DNA of 64,000 nucleotides from the human T2T-CHM13v2.0 reference genome, Homo sapiens. This document shows, in pieces, positions 1 through 19,444 of this stretch (its first letter is position 1; every line of letters begins with the position of its first letter). The notes under the pieces were generated by a model. It saw only the letters and a program-made list of their open reading frames with translations, was not told the origin of the DNA and searched no databases. Made by a program: the position numbers and the translations under genes. Where the stretch lies: the NCBI RefSeq assembly GCF_009914755.1, contig NC_060935.1; one strand, written 5' to 3'.

Positions 1-300
<300 letters not shown>

Positions 301-364
301 TTGGATTTCTTTCTTTTAGGTCAATCCAATATGATTTAGGTATGCTACCTATGATATTCTAGAA

Positions 365-585
365 CAGGGTTCAACAAACTATGGCCTGTGGGCCAAATCC
401 AGTTTACTGCCTGCTTTTATAAATAAAGTTTTATTAGAACACATTCAAGTTCATTCACTTATATTTTGTCTACGGATGCTTTTGTGCTACAATGGCAGAG
501 TTAAGTTGTGCAACAGAGACTATATGGCTGACAAATCCTAAGTTGTTTACTATCTGGCCATTTACAGAAAAATTTGCTGATACTT
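365..585 (+). mobile_element. MER58A-like hAT-Charlie DNA transposon fossil
   Basis: cagggttcaacaaactatggcctgtgggccaaatcc...tttactatctggccatttacagaaaaatttgctga resembles the MER58A consensus. Confidence 0.75.
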
Positions 586-998
586 AATTATGATCCTTTC
601 TATCATGGCACTTAGCACATAGTGTTTTAATTGCTTGTCTCTCCCACTTTTGTAATTAGCCTTCTGAGAGAAAAATGAGATATGATTCATGTTTTTATGC
701 CCCATGCTGATCACAGGGCCTGATATATGAAGAACATTCAATAAATGTTTAAATGGGCATATCATGGGCTGATCAAAAAGCTCTAATATGCAATTATATA
801 TGTTTTTGTTGGTGAGGTAGTAGAGAAACAATGCCTTAATCTTTGGGTGTATTCTGCTCTCTCCCTAAGTTCCCACTACCCCTTCATCCCACTCCCCAAT
901 TTAGCAGAACAAATGTAGAGAGAAATAAGTTTATGCAGAGATATTTCTTTTTGTATGCATACTGTTTATCATACTTTTTTCTTTTATCAAACCATTGC

Positions 999-1368
<370 letters not shown>

Positions 1369-2745
1369 CTAAAAGATGAAAGCAACACAAGGCCAGCTAT
1401 CTGGTCACCCTAGCAAAAAGGCAGTGGTGAAAATGGAATTTTGAAGTGCTGGCCTGGGAGTCAGCAGACTTGGGCTCTCACTGTGGCTCTTTAGCTGCCT
1501 TTGACTTTGGCACATCACTTAACATTGGTGAGCTTCAATGTTCAACATACTTCTATTGAATCACATCTGGAACACTTTAAAATTTAATATTTATACTCCT
1601 CCCTTATTTTGAAAAGGATTTGAATAACTAGCAAGAGGTAGAGAGGTGACCTGTCTAGTCTTATCACTGTCTTTGGCTGTCAGACAAGTAGATGATTAAA
1701 TGGATTAGGGTATTTTAGGTCTTTGATTAGTGCCTTCTAAAAGGCGTCACAACCACAGCCTCTTCACCCTGTCCTTACTTTCTGTCCTGTGACAGCTTCT
1801 TCTATTGCCTAGGAAGTTAAGATCTATCTTCTTTGAGGGTCATCTGAAGAGTATTTTGCCAAGGAAGTAGTTGTCAAGATCCAGGTCAAAAGGAAAGAGG
1901 AATTTTAGCATCTAGGAATTGGAAGAAATACTAGAAACTTCAGTCAAAATACCTTTTTCAAATAGTGACCTTGAGGCCTGGAGAAGAGAAATGACCTCCC
2001 TAGATCATATGGTAGAGCTAAGCCTAGATTTCAGGCTCTTCCTATTGTGTGCATCATTCAGACTAGGTGTTTTCCAGGCTTGTAAGAGAGGACTAGGTGT
2101 CACAGAAAGAGCTAAGGTGGCCTAGGCTCTTGTGCTGGTTTTACTGCTACATGGACATGTAATGGTAGGCAGAAGAAACTGTATCCCAGACCACCTAAGG
2201 TGTTGTATCAGATGAGCTCGGGACCTTCAGATATCTAAAAAATATTTGCCTGATATAACTGTCTATGAGAAGGCATGAGATGTGAGAGGTTTCCCCAGTC
2301 AATGGCTGACCTTATATGTATCAGCACTGACAAAATGAACAAAAAGGAAAATTACACATCATTTGGGCACTGGGACTAATTGGCTGTTGTTCTGTTTCCA
2401 GAAAGATTATGTTGATTTACATTTGTGTATTTGGCTGATTAAAAATAATAGCTCAATTGAATATGTATTTCTTTGATTACTAATGAGGCCAAATTTTTTC
2501 CTGTGTTCATTGGCTATTTATGTTTTCTCTCATTTGTGAGTTACTGATTCACATTCTTGTCTAGATCCCAGTATACTCCCAGTCCTATGCAAGACTTCCC
2601 TGCCAAGAAACTATTAGGGTGATAAAGCATTGTCCTTGTGGGGGAGCTCAGCATTTTCTTGGGGAGACAGTTACAGTCTAGATGAAACACCTCTGTCACT
2701 GTACAAGTAGCCAGTTAAGTGCCTACATGAGGAGTCAGATGCTAG

Positions 2746-3000
<255 letters not shown>

Positions 3001-4480
3001 TGAATTAGTCTTTGAAAGCTACTTAGACAGCCTCTTCCCTGGGGAGAGATGTTCTCTGCTGGCTTGTTCTTTAGGAACTCATCCCTATCAGGGAAGATGG
3101 CTCCCAGAAGAGCAGCCCTCTAGGAGTCAGCCTGTCAGAGTGTAGGCTTTATGCTTGTGTCTGTGCCTGGGCTGGCTGCCCCCTGCCTACTGGCTAGTTG
3201 TGTAACACTGACTAAGCTGTGTTGTTTAGGAGGGAGAGAGATCCCTGAGGCTGGTCTCTATGGTTTCCTTGGATCCTTCTTGCAATCCTGCTATAGATGG
3301 AGGGCATCAGTCTGTTCTCAGCCCTGTGTTGGCATGAGGGATAGAAGATAAGACACCCAGATCCTGCCCTCTGGGAGTTTATACTCTATATGGGAAGAAG
3401 AAACAAATTGTTTTAGAAAGATCATTCTGAATTCCAGGCTGAAGTTTTTGGGAGCCAGTTGAGTGGTCTAGATAGTAAGAGTTAAAGGAGTCTCTAAATG
3501 GAAAAAAGCTCTATTGTTGTTTCATCTTTTGGCATTATTGTACCTGTGGCTCAGCAGATCCCAGAGTATAAGGTCATTATGTGTGAAAAGATTTAAAAGT
3601 TTGTTCATTTAAAGCTCAACATATACCAGTAGTTTGGTGAAGCTACCAAGTTATGCCAAATCTTCAATAGTGATGTAGTTATATCACGATGGGGGAGATA
3701 TCCCCATTCTCTCTTTCCTGCCAGCCTACCTTTGAGTTTTGAGTTCAATTTTGGATCCCACATTGTCAGATCCAATGTGAGGAACAATGAGGGCCTATAC
3801 AGAGAGGAGTGACATGAGTGATGAAGAGTTTGGAAAGTATGAAACAAAGAGCATTCAACACAATTATGTTTATTAAGCGTCTATGTACCATGCACTGTGC
3901 TAGGCATGGAGATGGGACTGTAAATAAAACAGATACAGTCTGTCTTTATATAACTTAAAGTCTAGTGAAGAGACTTTAGCCTGGAGAAGAGGAGACTCAG
4001 GTAATATAATTTCTATCTTTAAATACATAAGAAGTAAATCAATCAGACTTAAGTAATGATGATAGTAAAGTGAAAACCATGATACTAGCTCTCATTGATT
4101 GAACTCTTACCTTATGCCAGTCACAGTGTTAAGCTTTTTGCATAGTTACTCTTTTAACTTCAACAGATTTATGAAGTTGGTATTATTACTAGGGTATGGA
4201 GCCTTAGAAAGGTTAAGCATTTTCTTCAGGGACACAGTGAATATCAGTGCAGATCTGATTTCAAAGCCCATGCTCTTAAGTACTGCTGTATTGTTTCTCC
4301 TATTCTAAGAGCAGAACCAGGTCCAAAGTAAAGTGGGGAAAGTAAAAAGTAGGCATTTTCTTTTAGAATAAAGAATTGACTAATAGTGAGAGCTATCTTG
4401 TCATAGAAGAGGCTTCCTTGGTAGACAGTGAACTCCCTATCACTGAAGATGGGCAAGTAGCATACAGAACTCCACTGAAT

Positions 4481-4790
4481 CTGGGTGTGGTGGCTCATGC
4501 CTGTAATCCCAGCACTTCGGGAGGCCAAGGCAGGAGGATAGCTTGAGGCCAAGAATTTGAGACTAGCCTGGACAACACAGCGAGACCCTGTCTCTACAAA
4601 AAAAAAAAATTGGCTGGGTGTGGTGGCATACACCTGTAGTCTCAGCTACTCTGAGGCTGAGGCTGGAGGATCACTTGAACCTAGGAGGTCGAGGCTGTGG
4701 TGCACTATGATCATGCCATTGCACTCCAGCCTGGGCAACAGAGCAAGACCCTGTCTCTAAAACAAAACAAAACACAAAACAAAACACAAA
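4481..4790 (+). mobile_element. Alu (AluJ-like)
   Basis: Alu dimer with A-rich tail. Confidence 0.85.
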
Positions 4791-6373
4791 ATTCACTGAT
4801 TGGTCAACAGAGGGGATTTGTCTGTAAGGATGAACCAGATAATGTTTAAGGAATTTAAAGGAAGAGAAAAAATAGACTTCCTGTATAAAAAGTAAAATTT
4901 GGATAGAATGGAAAGGGTTGGGCTTACTGAGTAGTGGAGAATCAGTGTGAGCAAAGCTGCAGAGGTAGTAAGAAATATAGTGGGTTTGTTTGGTTAGACA
5001 GGGACTGTGGTAGAAAACCACAGAACAAAAAGTTGGAAAGGAAAGTGGGGCCCAGGCTGAGATATGTATACTTGTTGAACCAGGCAACTGTAGGTTCTTG
5101 AGCAAAGACAACGACCATGATGTAAGTATCTGAAATTTGGTTACATCCAGAAGTGTCACTGACCTGTAAAGGATCAAAATTTTATTTGTCTAACCTGAGA
5201 ATACAGCCATGTTCCTGGGGGTGAATGAGGCCTAGTGGCATCCTGATCACTGTCCCAGGGCCTGGCCAGAAAACTGGGGAATGGATGAAGAAGGTGATGT
5301 AACCCAAGATCTATAAATTCTTGGATATCTTTGTTATATGCTCCTCATCCTTTTTTTTTTTTTTTTTTTGTTACATCCTGCTGAGTTGCTTTGTCAATGA
5401 GGGGAGGAATAAAATGTTCTTTTTAGAGGAATGTTACCACAACAAAAAGCTCATCAGCACAAACTGTTCCGAAATAACACAAAAACTGTTACCCTGCTCT
5501 TCTCTGCGCCAGTGGTGAGCTGTTCTTTTTCAGTATAGTTTTTGCCTTGCCTTGGTTTCCACTGCTCTCCCTGCAATCTCAGGCCTCACATGGTTAGAGA
5601 GGCCTGCTGGTCTAGGTTTGCATGATCAATCACAAGCTACCTTCCTGAGAGAGAAAGTACCAAAATGTGTGTGCCTAAGTCACTTCAAACATGTATCAGA
5701 TAGCCTTAGAGTTCAGGATCTAACTAGAAAGTTGGGTAGATATCTCAGGGTTTAGAATGTTGTGTAATGGATGGTGGGGTACCAGAAACCCTGGTTCTTT
5801 TGGCCATTGAGGACCTGAAGGGTTTTTTTTTTTTTCATTCATAAAACTTTTATTCCACTTACATGAATTTAATACACGTGTTCTTAACAATTATGCTTGG
5901 ATTATTAATGAAAATTTCATAAGATATTAAACAAAGCTAGCCATCATCTCAAGTTATTTCCTTGTTAACTATTTTTACAGCACATGCATGTTAGGCAAGT
6001 ATCAAAAAAAATCACAACAGCAAAAAAACTAAAAAAAAAGAAGTTAAATACATGGGTTTTTCTTTTTTTGTTTTACTGCTGTGCTTGATATACGTGAAGT
6101 AATGAATATCAAGCAATTCATTTTTACTGCATCTTTACTTTTACATTTGTTTTTAGGTTGCCTAAAACATTTAAATACAAATAAAATGAGTGTAGCAAAA
6201 ATAATGAAAGCCAACAGCAGGTAACTTTACAAATAATGGAATGTGAACTGTTTCTGCCCTTATCCAGAGTAAAATGGGTCACAACTTTGTCTAAAGGAAC
6301 ACTTCTGCAGCCGTAGTCAAAGGTGTGCACAGTGAGATTGAATATTCCATAGATATACAAGATGTAACATGTG

Positions 6374-6526
6374 GGCCAGGTGTGGTGGCTGACACCTATA
6401 ATCCCAGCACTTTGGGAGGCCAAGGCAGGAGGACTGCTTGAGGCCAGGAGTTCAAGACCAGCCTAGTCAACATAGTGAGACCTTGTCTCTATAAAAAAAT
6501 AAACAAGTATGAAAAAAAAAAAAAAA
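6374..6526 (+). mobile_element. FLAM-like Alu left monomer inserted in the YWHAZ retrocopy
   Basis: Single monomer plus A tail; TSD aagatgtaac(at)gtg at 6359-6373 and 6846-6858 flanks this monomer together with the following AluY. Confidence 0.8.
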
Positions 6527-6879
<353 letters not shown>

Positions 6880-8062
6880 CTACCACAGCCGTTTAAGTGC
6901 TCCAAACCTTAAAGTACCCACAGTTACTACACCTGTGACTGGAACCAATGATCCCTTTTACTCCCTGCCAGGACAAACCAATGTGTAGGCAGTTTTCTTT
7001 GCTGAGACATGAAGCAGTTTTAACACTGGCCCTTGTGAAGCCACAATGTACCAAAAGTACTATGCCAAACATTTATAACCTTTAGAAAAATTCCACATTT
7101 CCATATTGGCCACCTCAAAATGGAAACAGATAACTCCCTAAATGTTAACCGGCCCTGCTCTCCTAATATTAAACATAAAAACCACATGGGAAATATAGAT
7201 ATTCAAGTAGAAGTAGCATAAACCTGTCATAAATCATAAACAAAAACTCTTTGTGGGACAGCATGGATGACAAATGGTCTGCTATGTAACTTTTAGAATG
7301 AGGCAGACAAAGTTGGAAGGCTGGTTAATTTTCCCCTTGTTCTCCTGCTTCAGCTTCATTTCCTTGGGTTCTGATGAAGGACCTGAGATTTTTATAAGTC
7401 ATCTTAAAAGCCTTGCTGATTACTCAAGAGCCTTAGTAGAAGTCTGAAGGGGTGCTCTATTGAGGCCTCATGTATTCAGCCTCCTACTGGTAACTTTTCT
7501 GCATAACTGGACTGTAACCCCAGTTACAGATCTTTTAAAATTTTTGCCATTTCTGAAGTAAGTCTTTATTCCTACAGATTATTGTGACTAGAGTGTTAAC
7601 TTTTCGTTGTATGAATCAAAGCATGTCTTCAGGGCCTCTTGCACTATTACCCCAGTACCTAGATTCCTATATACATTCTTATGATTGCCTCTTATAGTTA
7701 TCTTCTTATAGTTTTATCTCTTCTTTGATTCATTTTCATTTCTTTTTTTTATAGACACATTTATTCAGCATCACGATCAAACTATTACATTTAGCAATCA
7801 ACAGCATGAGTAAAAAAAATTATCTACACTAAAACTCTTTGTTGGCATGCTTTACATTTTCCACAGAAAAGAAACTAAAATAACCTGTTATACAATTAGT
7901 CACAAATACAGTCCTACTTTTTTTTTTGCCTATACACATTAATATTGTCTAAAACATGTCTTCTTTGTAGCAGCTAGGCCCTGCCACCACTGTGCTTGGC
8001 TGAGTTCACAAATCTGTTGTAACCTGTAGCTTCTTTGTCACTTCTCTGGCTCTCTTCTGCTA

Positions 8063-8392
<330 letters not shown>

Positions 8393-8463
8393 TCAGCGTA
8401 ACCAGGGCTGCCCCTCTATAACCACTGTTGTTACCAAATCCATTATAGCCATCCCTGTTGCTA

Positions 8464-8976
<513 letters not shown>

Positions 8977-8989
8977 AGTATTTCTTTTA

Positions 8990-9182
8990 AAAATATTTGT
9001 TTATTTATTTTGAGACAAAGTCTCACACTGTCGGCCAGGCTGGAGTTCAGTGGTGTGCGCATGGCTCACTGTAGCCTTTACCTCCCAGGCTCAAACGATC
9101 TTCCTGTCTCAGCCTCTTGAATAGCTGGGACTATAGGCACATGCCACCATACCCAGCTAATTTAAAACAAATTTTTTTAAAT
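8990..9182 (-). mobile_element. Alu right arm only, replacing part of HNRNPA1 RRM2
   Basis: Right monomer plus linker; no left arm and no TSD. Confidence 0.8.
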
Positions 9183-9185
9183 TTA

Positions 9186-9422
<237 letters not shown>

Positions 9423-9673
9423 TCATTGGACCCTCACTGGTCATTTCAAAGCTCAACTCTCTGATGAAGAACTTCTACAGCTGTTGGGACTACTTAAGAG
9501 ACTCTGTCTTAGACATGATAGCAGTGGGAAGAGAGACTTTAATGATGTTTTCAGCGGCATCCATGGGTAGAAAAAGCCATTCTCGTTTCTAATTGCTGAA
9601 TATACTCTGCTGTGAAATTAGACTTAGGGCAAACTGAGACTCAGTAGGCATGTTATAGAAAAATATATAATCA

Positions 9674-9867
9674 GGCCAGTTGTGGTGGCTCACAGCTGTA
9701 ATCTGAGCACCTTGGGAGGCTGAGGCAGGAGGATTGCTTGAGCCCAGGAGTTCAAGACCAGCCTGGACAACATAGGGAGACTCTATCTCTACCAAAAAAA
9801 AAAAAAAAAAGCCAGATATTGGCACAGAGACCCTAAAAGAGACTTTTTAAGAGTCTCTTAAAAGAAA
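9674..9867 (+). mobile_element. Alu with most of its right arm internally deleted
   Basis: Left arm, A linker, gccagatattggcac|agagaccct remnant; TSD agaaaaatatataatca at 9657-9673 and 9868-9884. Confidence 0.75.
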
Positions 9868-10569
9868 AGAAAAATATATAATCATTTGTGTAGGGGCAGC
9901 TAGTTTGGTTAAGTGCCATCTTTGCTTGCTTCTCTTCTGGATAGCAGAGGCTATGTATTGTGGGCCCTTCAGATGTGCAAGATGGCTCTATTGGTGATGG
10001 TGCCCTTCTTGCAGAGCTGGCAGGGAGTTCTACCAGGCTGGCAGTATGAGAATTCATGACCTGTGTTCTGTTCAAACTTCTGGTGGGGTTTGCTCCATGG
10101 GCAAAAGATTTGTTGCAGTGGGATGGTACTGTTAGGTTGTCCTTAACAGTATGAGTTGGGCAGACAAGGGCCTACCTAAGACCATTGTCCCCTTGACTGG
10201 ACCAGACTTTTTGAGAGCAGTGCTATTTTCTTTTCTGGAGCCTACATGGCAAATCAGGGCATTTATTCAGTCATTAAACAAATTCTTATTTAATACATAT
10301 TAAAGCCAGGCACTATTCGAAGGCTAGGGATTCCACAGTGTACAAAACAGATAAGATCCCTGCTTTTAGGGAGCTTGCGTTCTAGTGATCTGTATGTCAC
10401 AGGTGATTAAGTGATAAGAAAACTTTGAAATTAGGCAGAACTGTGATCAGATTATAGTAGTCTAGTGACTTTGCCTTTGGTTTTCTCAGGGTAAAGTGGT
10501 AGTTAATGATTCCTACCATTGCAGCGTTGTTGTCAGGATTAAGTGAGAAAAGTGCTGTTTAAAGTTCCC

Positions 10570-11840
<1,271 letters not shown>

Positions 11841-11954
11841 TTCCCAGCATAGTACCTGACACGTAATTCAAGCTCAGTGAATACTCGCTACTTTCCCTTT
11901 TCTCTTTTCCTCTATATATCCAGGAAATCAACTAGCATCTGACAGTTGTATTTT

Positions 11955-12374
<420 letters not shown>

Positions 12375-13376
12375 CCTGACAGCTGTATTTTAATGTTTGT
12401 CTGATGTATTTTGAGCCCCTTTAGGGAAAGAACTGCTCTTATCTGGTTTGTCTCTCTTTTCCCCAGTGCCCAACAAAGTCTGTTATAGAATATGTGCTTA
12501 ATCACTGTGTTGAATGACTGACCAATATTGCTATAGCAGAATGCTATCATTCTGCTATGGGAGTCTTAGCAAGGGTGTGATCACACATTTTAGGGGATAA
12601 GGATGAGTAGGTAGCAGTATGAATCCAGGAAGCTACAAGATCTACTTATGACTTCTGTTAGTGTCTGTGGTGTCTGGTATAGAAGTATAACACAGGGTTA
12701 TGAGCTTATGCTCTGGAATCATACAGACTCCATTCTGCCTCTTCCAGCTGTGGAAACTTAGAGAAGTTACATAATCCCTTTCCACCTCAGTTTCTTCATT
12801 AGAAATTGGAGTAATAATAGTAGTAGGCTTTTCATGAAGATGTTGCAAATATTAAATGAATAATGCATGTAAAGCACTTAATACAATGCCTGGCACATAG
12901 AAGAGGCTCAATTAAAGTTTTTACGTTATCATCAGAAAGAACATATATTTTGATGCAAACAAGCCTGTATTCAAAACTTGGCTTTGCCACTTACTGGCTA
13001 TACAACTTTAGGCAAATAACCTTACCTTTCTGAGCCTTGATTTTTTTTTTAAGCTATTTGAAGAGGGATGTTGTGAGACATTAATGTATGTAAAGCCCCT
13101 AGCACAATGCCTGGTACGTGATAGGTGCTAAAGCCATGTTTTTTTCTCCCTCAACATGAGGGTACAATAGTGAGGGCTGGCTTGTATAGCAAAATTCCAT
13201 ATCAGCTCTATCACCATCCCATGGCACCACAGCATTTAGCCATGGGAGCCACTCCCAGCAGTGTGCCTAACTTGACTAGGGCCAGGACACTGTAGGAGGC
13301 AGAGGTAGTTCTGTTTTCGCTTAAGTGGTTGATATTAAGAGGGAGGGCATGATAAAGCAGGATCACACATTTATAG

Positions 13377-13726
<350 letters not shown>

Positions 13727-13758
13727 GCCTGTGTACTTTTAAAAAGGTCTGGCTTTTG

Positions 13759-14030
13759 GGCCAGGCACGGTGGCTCATGCCTGTAATCCCAGCATTTTGG
13801 GAGGCCGAGGCGGGTGGATCACCTGAGGTCAGGAGTTTGAGACCAGCCTGTCCAACATGGTGAAACCCCGTCTCTACTAAAAATACACAAATTAGCTGGG
13901 GTTGGTATCAGGTGCCTATAATCCCAGCTGCTTGGGAGGCTGAGGCATGAGAATCACCTGAACCCCAGGGAGGCGGAGGTTGCAGTGAGCCGGGATTGTG
14001 CCACTGTACTCCAGCCTGAGTGACAGAGTA
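13759..14030 (+). mobile_element. Alu (AluS-like) lacking its 3' end and A tail
   Basis: Dimer stops at ...gtgacagagt with no poly(A) and no matching TSD. Confidence 0.85.
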
Positions 14031-14187
14031 GAAATGTCATGAGACCTGTTTAGAGTTTAGTGGGGGTAGAAATAGACTTGTTTTCTATGTTTTTCATTGT
14101 CCCATCCAGAGTAATGCTAGGTCCTGGGAGGCTGTGAGAGTTCGGGAAGCTGGCATCAGGTTCCCGATGCCACCATTTGGCTTCAGC

Positions 14188-14266
14188 GCTCCCACCATTT
14201 GGCTTTAGCTCATGCTACTAGTTCATGTTATGCTGTATTTCCTTAATCTATGCTATAGCCACCCCA
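14188..14266 (+). repeat. 79-bp dispersed direct repeat, copy 1 (copy 2 at 15605-15683)
   Basis: gctcccaccatttggctttagctcatgct...ctatgctatagccacccca; 3 mismatches between the copies. Confidence 0.9.
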
Positions 14267-14734
14267 AACAGAATCAGAGCTAAGGGAGCTAAACTCTGAG
14301 GGGAGCAGTCAGCAGGTTCACTTGCAATATCTAAAGTGCCAGGAGGAACTTGGACTTTATAGGTAGTAGTATATAGGGAGAGAGTAGGAAGCCCAGTGCT
14401 GTGGTTAATATGGGCCAAATTAGATGAAGATTAAGTAGCTGGGTTATTTGCAGATGTTATTACCATAATTAATAATAATTGTATTCCCTTTTGTGCTCTG
14501 GGCCTCACTTTCTTATATTCAGATAGCTGTAGACAACCCTTAAGTGTTCTGCCTCTAGTTTCTCCCGGAAAGCCCATGTTGTACATGCTGCCAGTGATCT
14601 TCCTAACCTACATTTGGGTTCTGTGTCTCCTGCATGATTTCCTTTTCCTGTTTCCTTTAACTTCCTGTACCTACCACTCCATCTCTTTAAATCCGATTTT
14701 AGCCTTTCTTTTCTTTGTTTTTCATTGAAATATA

Positions 14735-15018
14735 TTTTTAAAAGAGTCAGGGTCTTGCTCTGTCCTCTAGGCTGGAGTGCAGTGGCACAATTATGGCTCA
14801 CTGTAGCCTTGAGCTCCTGGACTCAAATGATCCTTCTACCTCAGCCTCCCAAGTAGGTAGGACTACAGGTGTGCACCACCACACTAGGCTAACTATTTTT
14901 GTAGAGACAGGGTCTTGCTATGTTGCCAAGTCTGGTATTGAACTCCTGGTCTCAAGCAACCCCTCACCTCAGCCTCCCGAGTTGCTGGGGATTACAGGTG
15001 AGAGCCACTGCACCTTGG
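14735..15018 (-). mobile_element. Alu (AluJ-like)
   Basis: Reverse Alu dimer. Confidence 0.8.
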
Positions 15019-15604
15019 CTACCTTTGTTAATTCTCTGGACATACCTCCTACCGCTTTGGTCTGGCTCCAATCTTCTTTGTCTTATAAACATTTTATGTT
15101 TATTTCCAGTCCCCTTTCTTTGCTCAGGTAGTTCTCCTTACCTGGAATTAACCTCTTGTGCCCCTCCCTGCACCCCTAGCCCTGTCTGTATCAATCTTAG
15201 TTGTCCTCTAGAATGTGCCAGCTTCATTTTATATGAACCTTCCCTGACTTTCCCATTCCTACTGATCTTCCTCATCTCAATACTAACTCCCATAGTACAT
15301 AGTCTCTATCGCTCGATTTAGCACTTAATTAGAAATTGCCTTGCTTTGTGCCCTAATGATTTTGATTGTATTGTTTTTTCTATAACTTTGTGTTCCTGCA
15401 CTAATACTGGCATTATTAAAGCACAACTCATCAGATTACTTCTACCATGTGCCAAGCCAAGCTGATTACATATAAAGTTTTGTTTAATCCTTAACCACTC
15501 TGTGAACTAGGTGTTATTAACTCCATTTTAGAGATGATAAAACTATAAATGAGTGGCTTACTTTTGCTTGTTTAATTAATCTAAACTCTGCTCTGTCATT
15601 CAAT

Positions 15605-15683
15605 GCTCCCACCATTTGGCTTTAGCTCATGCTGCTAGTTCATGTTATACTGTATTTCCTTACTCTATGCTATAGCCACCCCA
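15605..15683 (+). repeat. 79-bp dispersed direct repeat, copy 2
   Basis: Matches 14188-14266 at 76 of 79 positions. Confidence 0.9.
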
Positions 15684-16019
15684 GACATGCTCTTCATATC
15701 TTATCACTGTGCCCCTGTTCCAGATAAATCCTTATCCTGGCATTTCTCTGCTTCCCACTTTGCCTGTAAAAATCAAGCCAGGTTTGGTGGTTCATGCCTA
15801 TAATCTCAGCTACTTGGTTGAGACAGGAGGATCGCTTGAGGCCAGGAGTTCTAGACCAGGCTGGGCAACATAACAAGACCCCATCTCTTTAAAAAAAAAA
15901 AAAAAAACCCACACATTTCAGTGCAATGCCTGGAACAAAACAACAACAACAACAACAACAACAACAAACAAATAGAAACAAAAGGAAAAAGAAATTTCAT
16001 TTGTCCACCAAGGCCTAGA

Positions 16020-16247
16020 TCAGGGTTTCGGAACCTCAGCATTATTGATATTTTGGGCCAGATAGTTCTTTGTTGTGGGGAGCTGTCTTGTACATTGTAG
16101 GATGTTTAGTAGCATTCCTAGCCTCTACATACTGGATGCCAGTAGCAAACCTTTCCCCTTCCCCCTTCCAGTTTGACAACCAAAAATATTGCCAGTTACT
16201 ATTGTCAGTTGTCAATTTTCAAACTGCCCCTTGTTGAGAACTACTGG
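16020..16247 (+). mobile_element. MER20-like hAT DNA transposon fossil
   Basis: cagggtttc...aacctcagcattattgatattttgggccagatagttctttgttgtgggg...gttgagaactactg resembles MER20. Confidence 0.75.
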
Positions 16248-16287
16248 CCTAGATTAAATGTTGCTTCATCCAAGAAATATATATATA

Positions 16288-19444
<3,157 letters not shown>

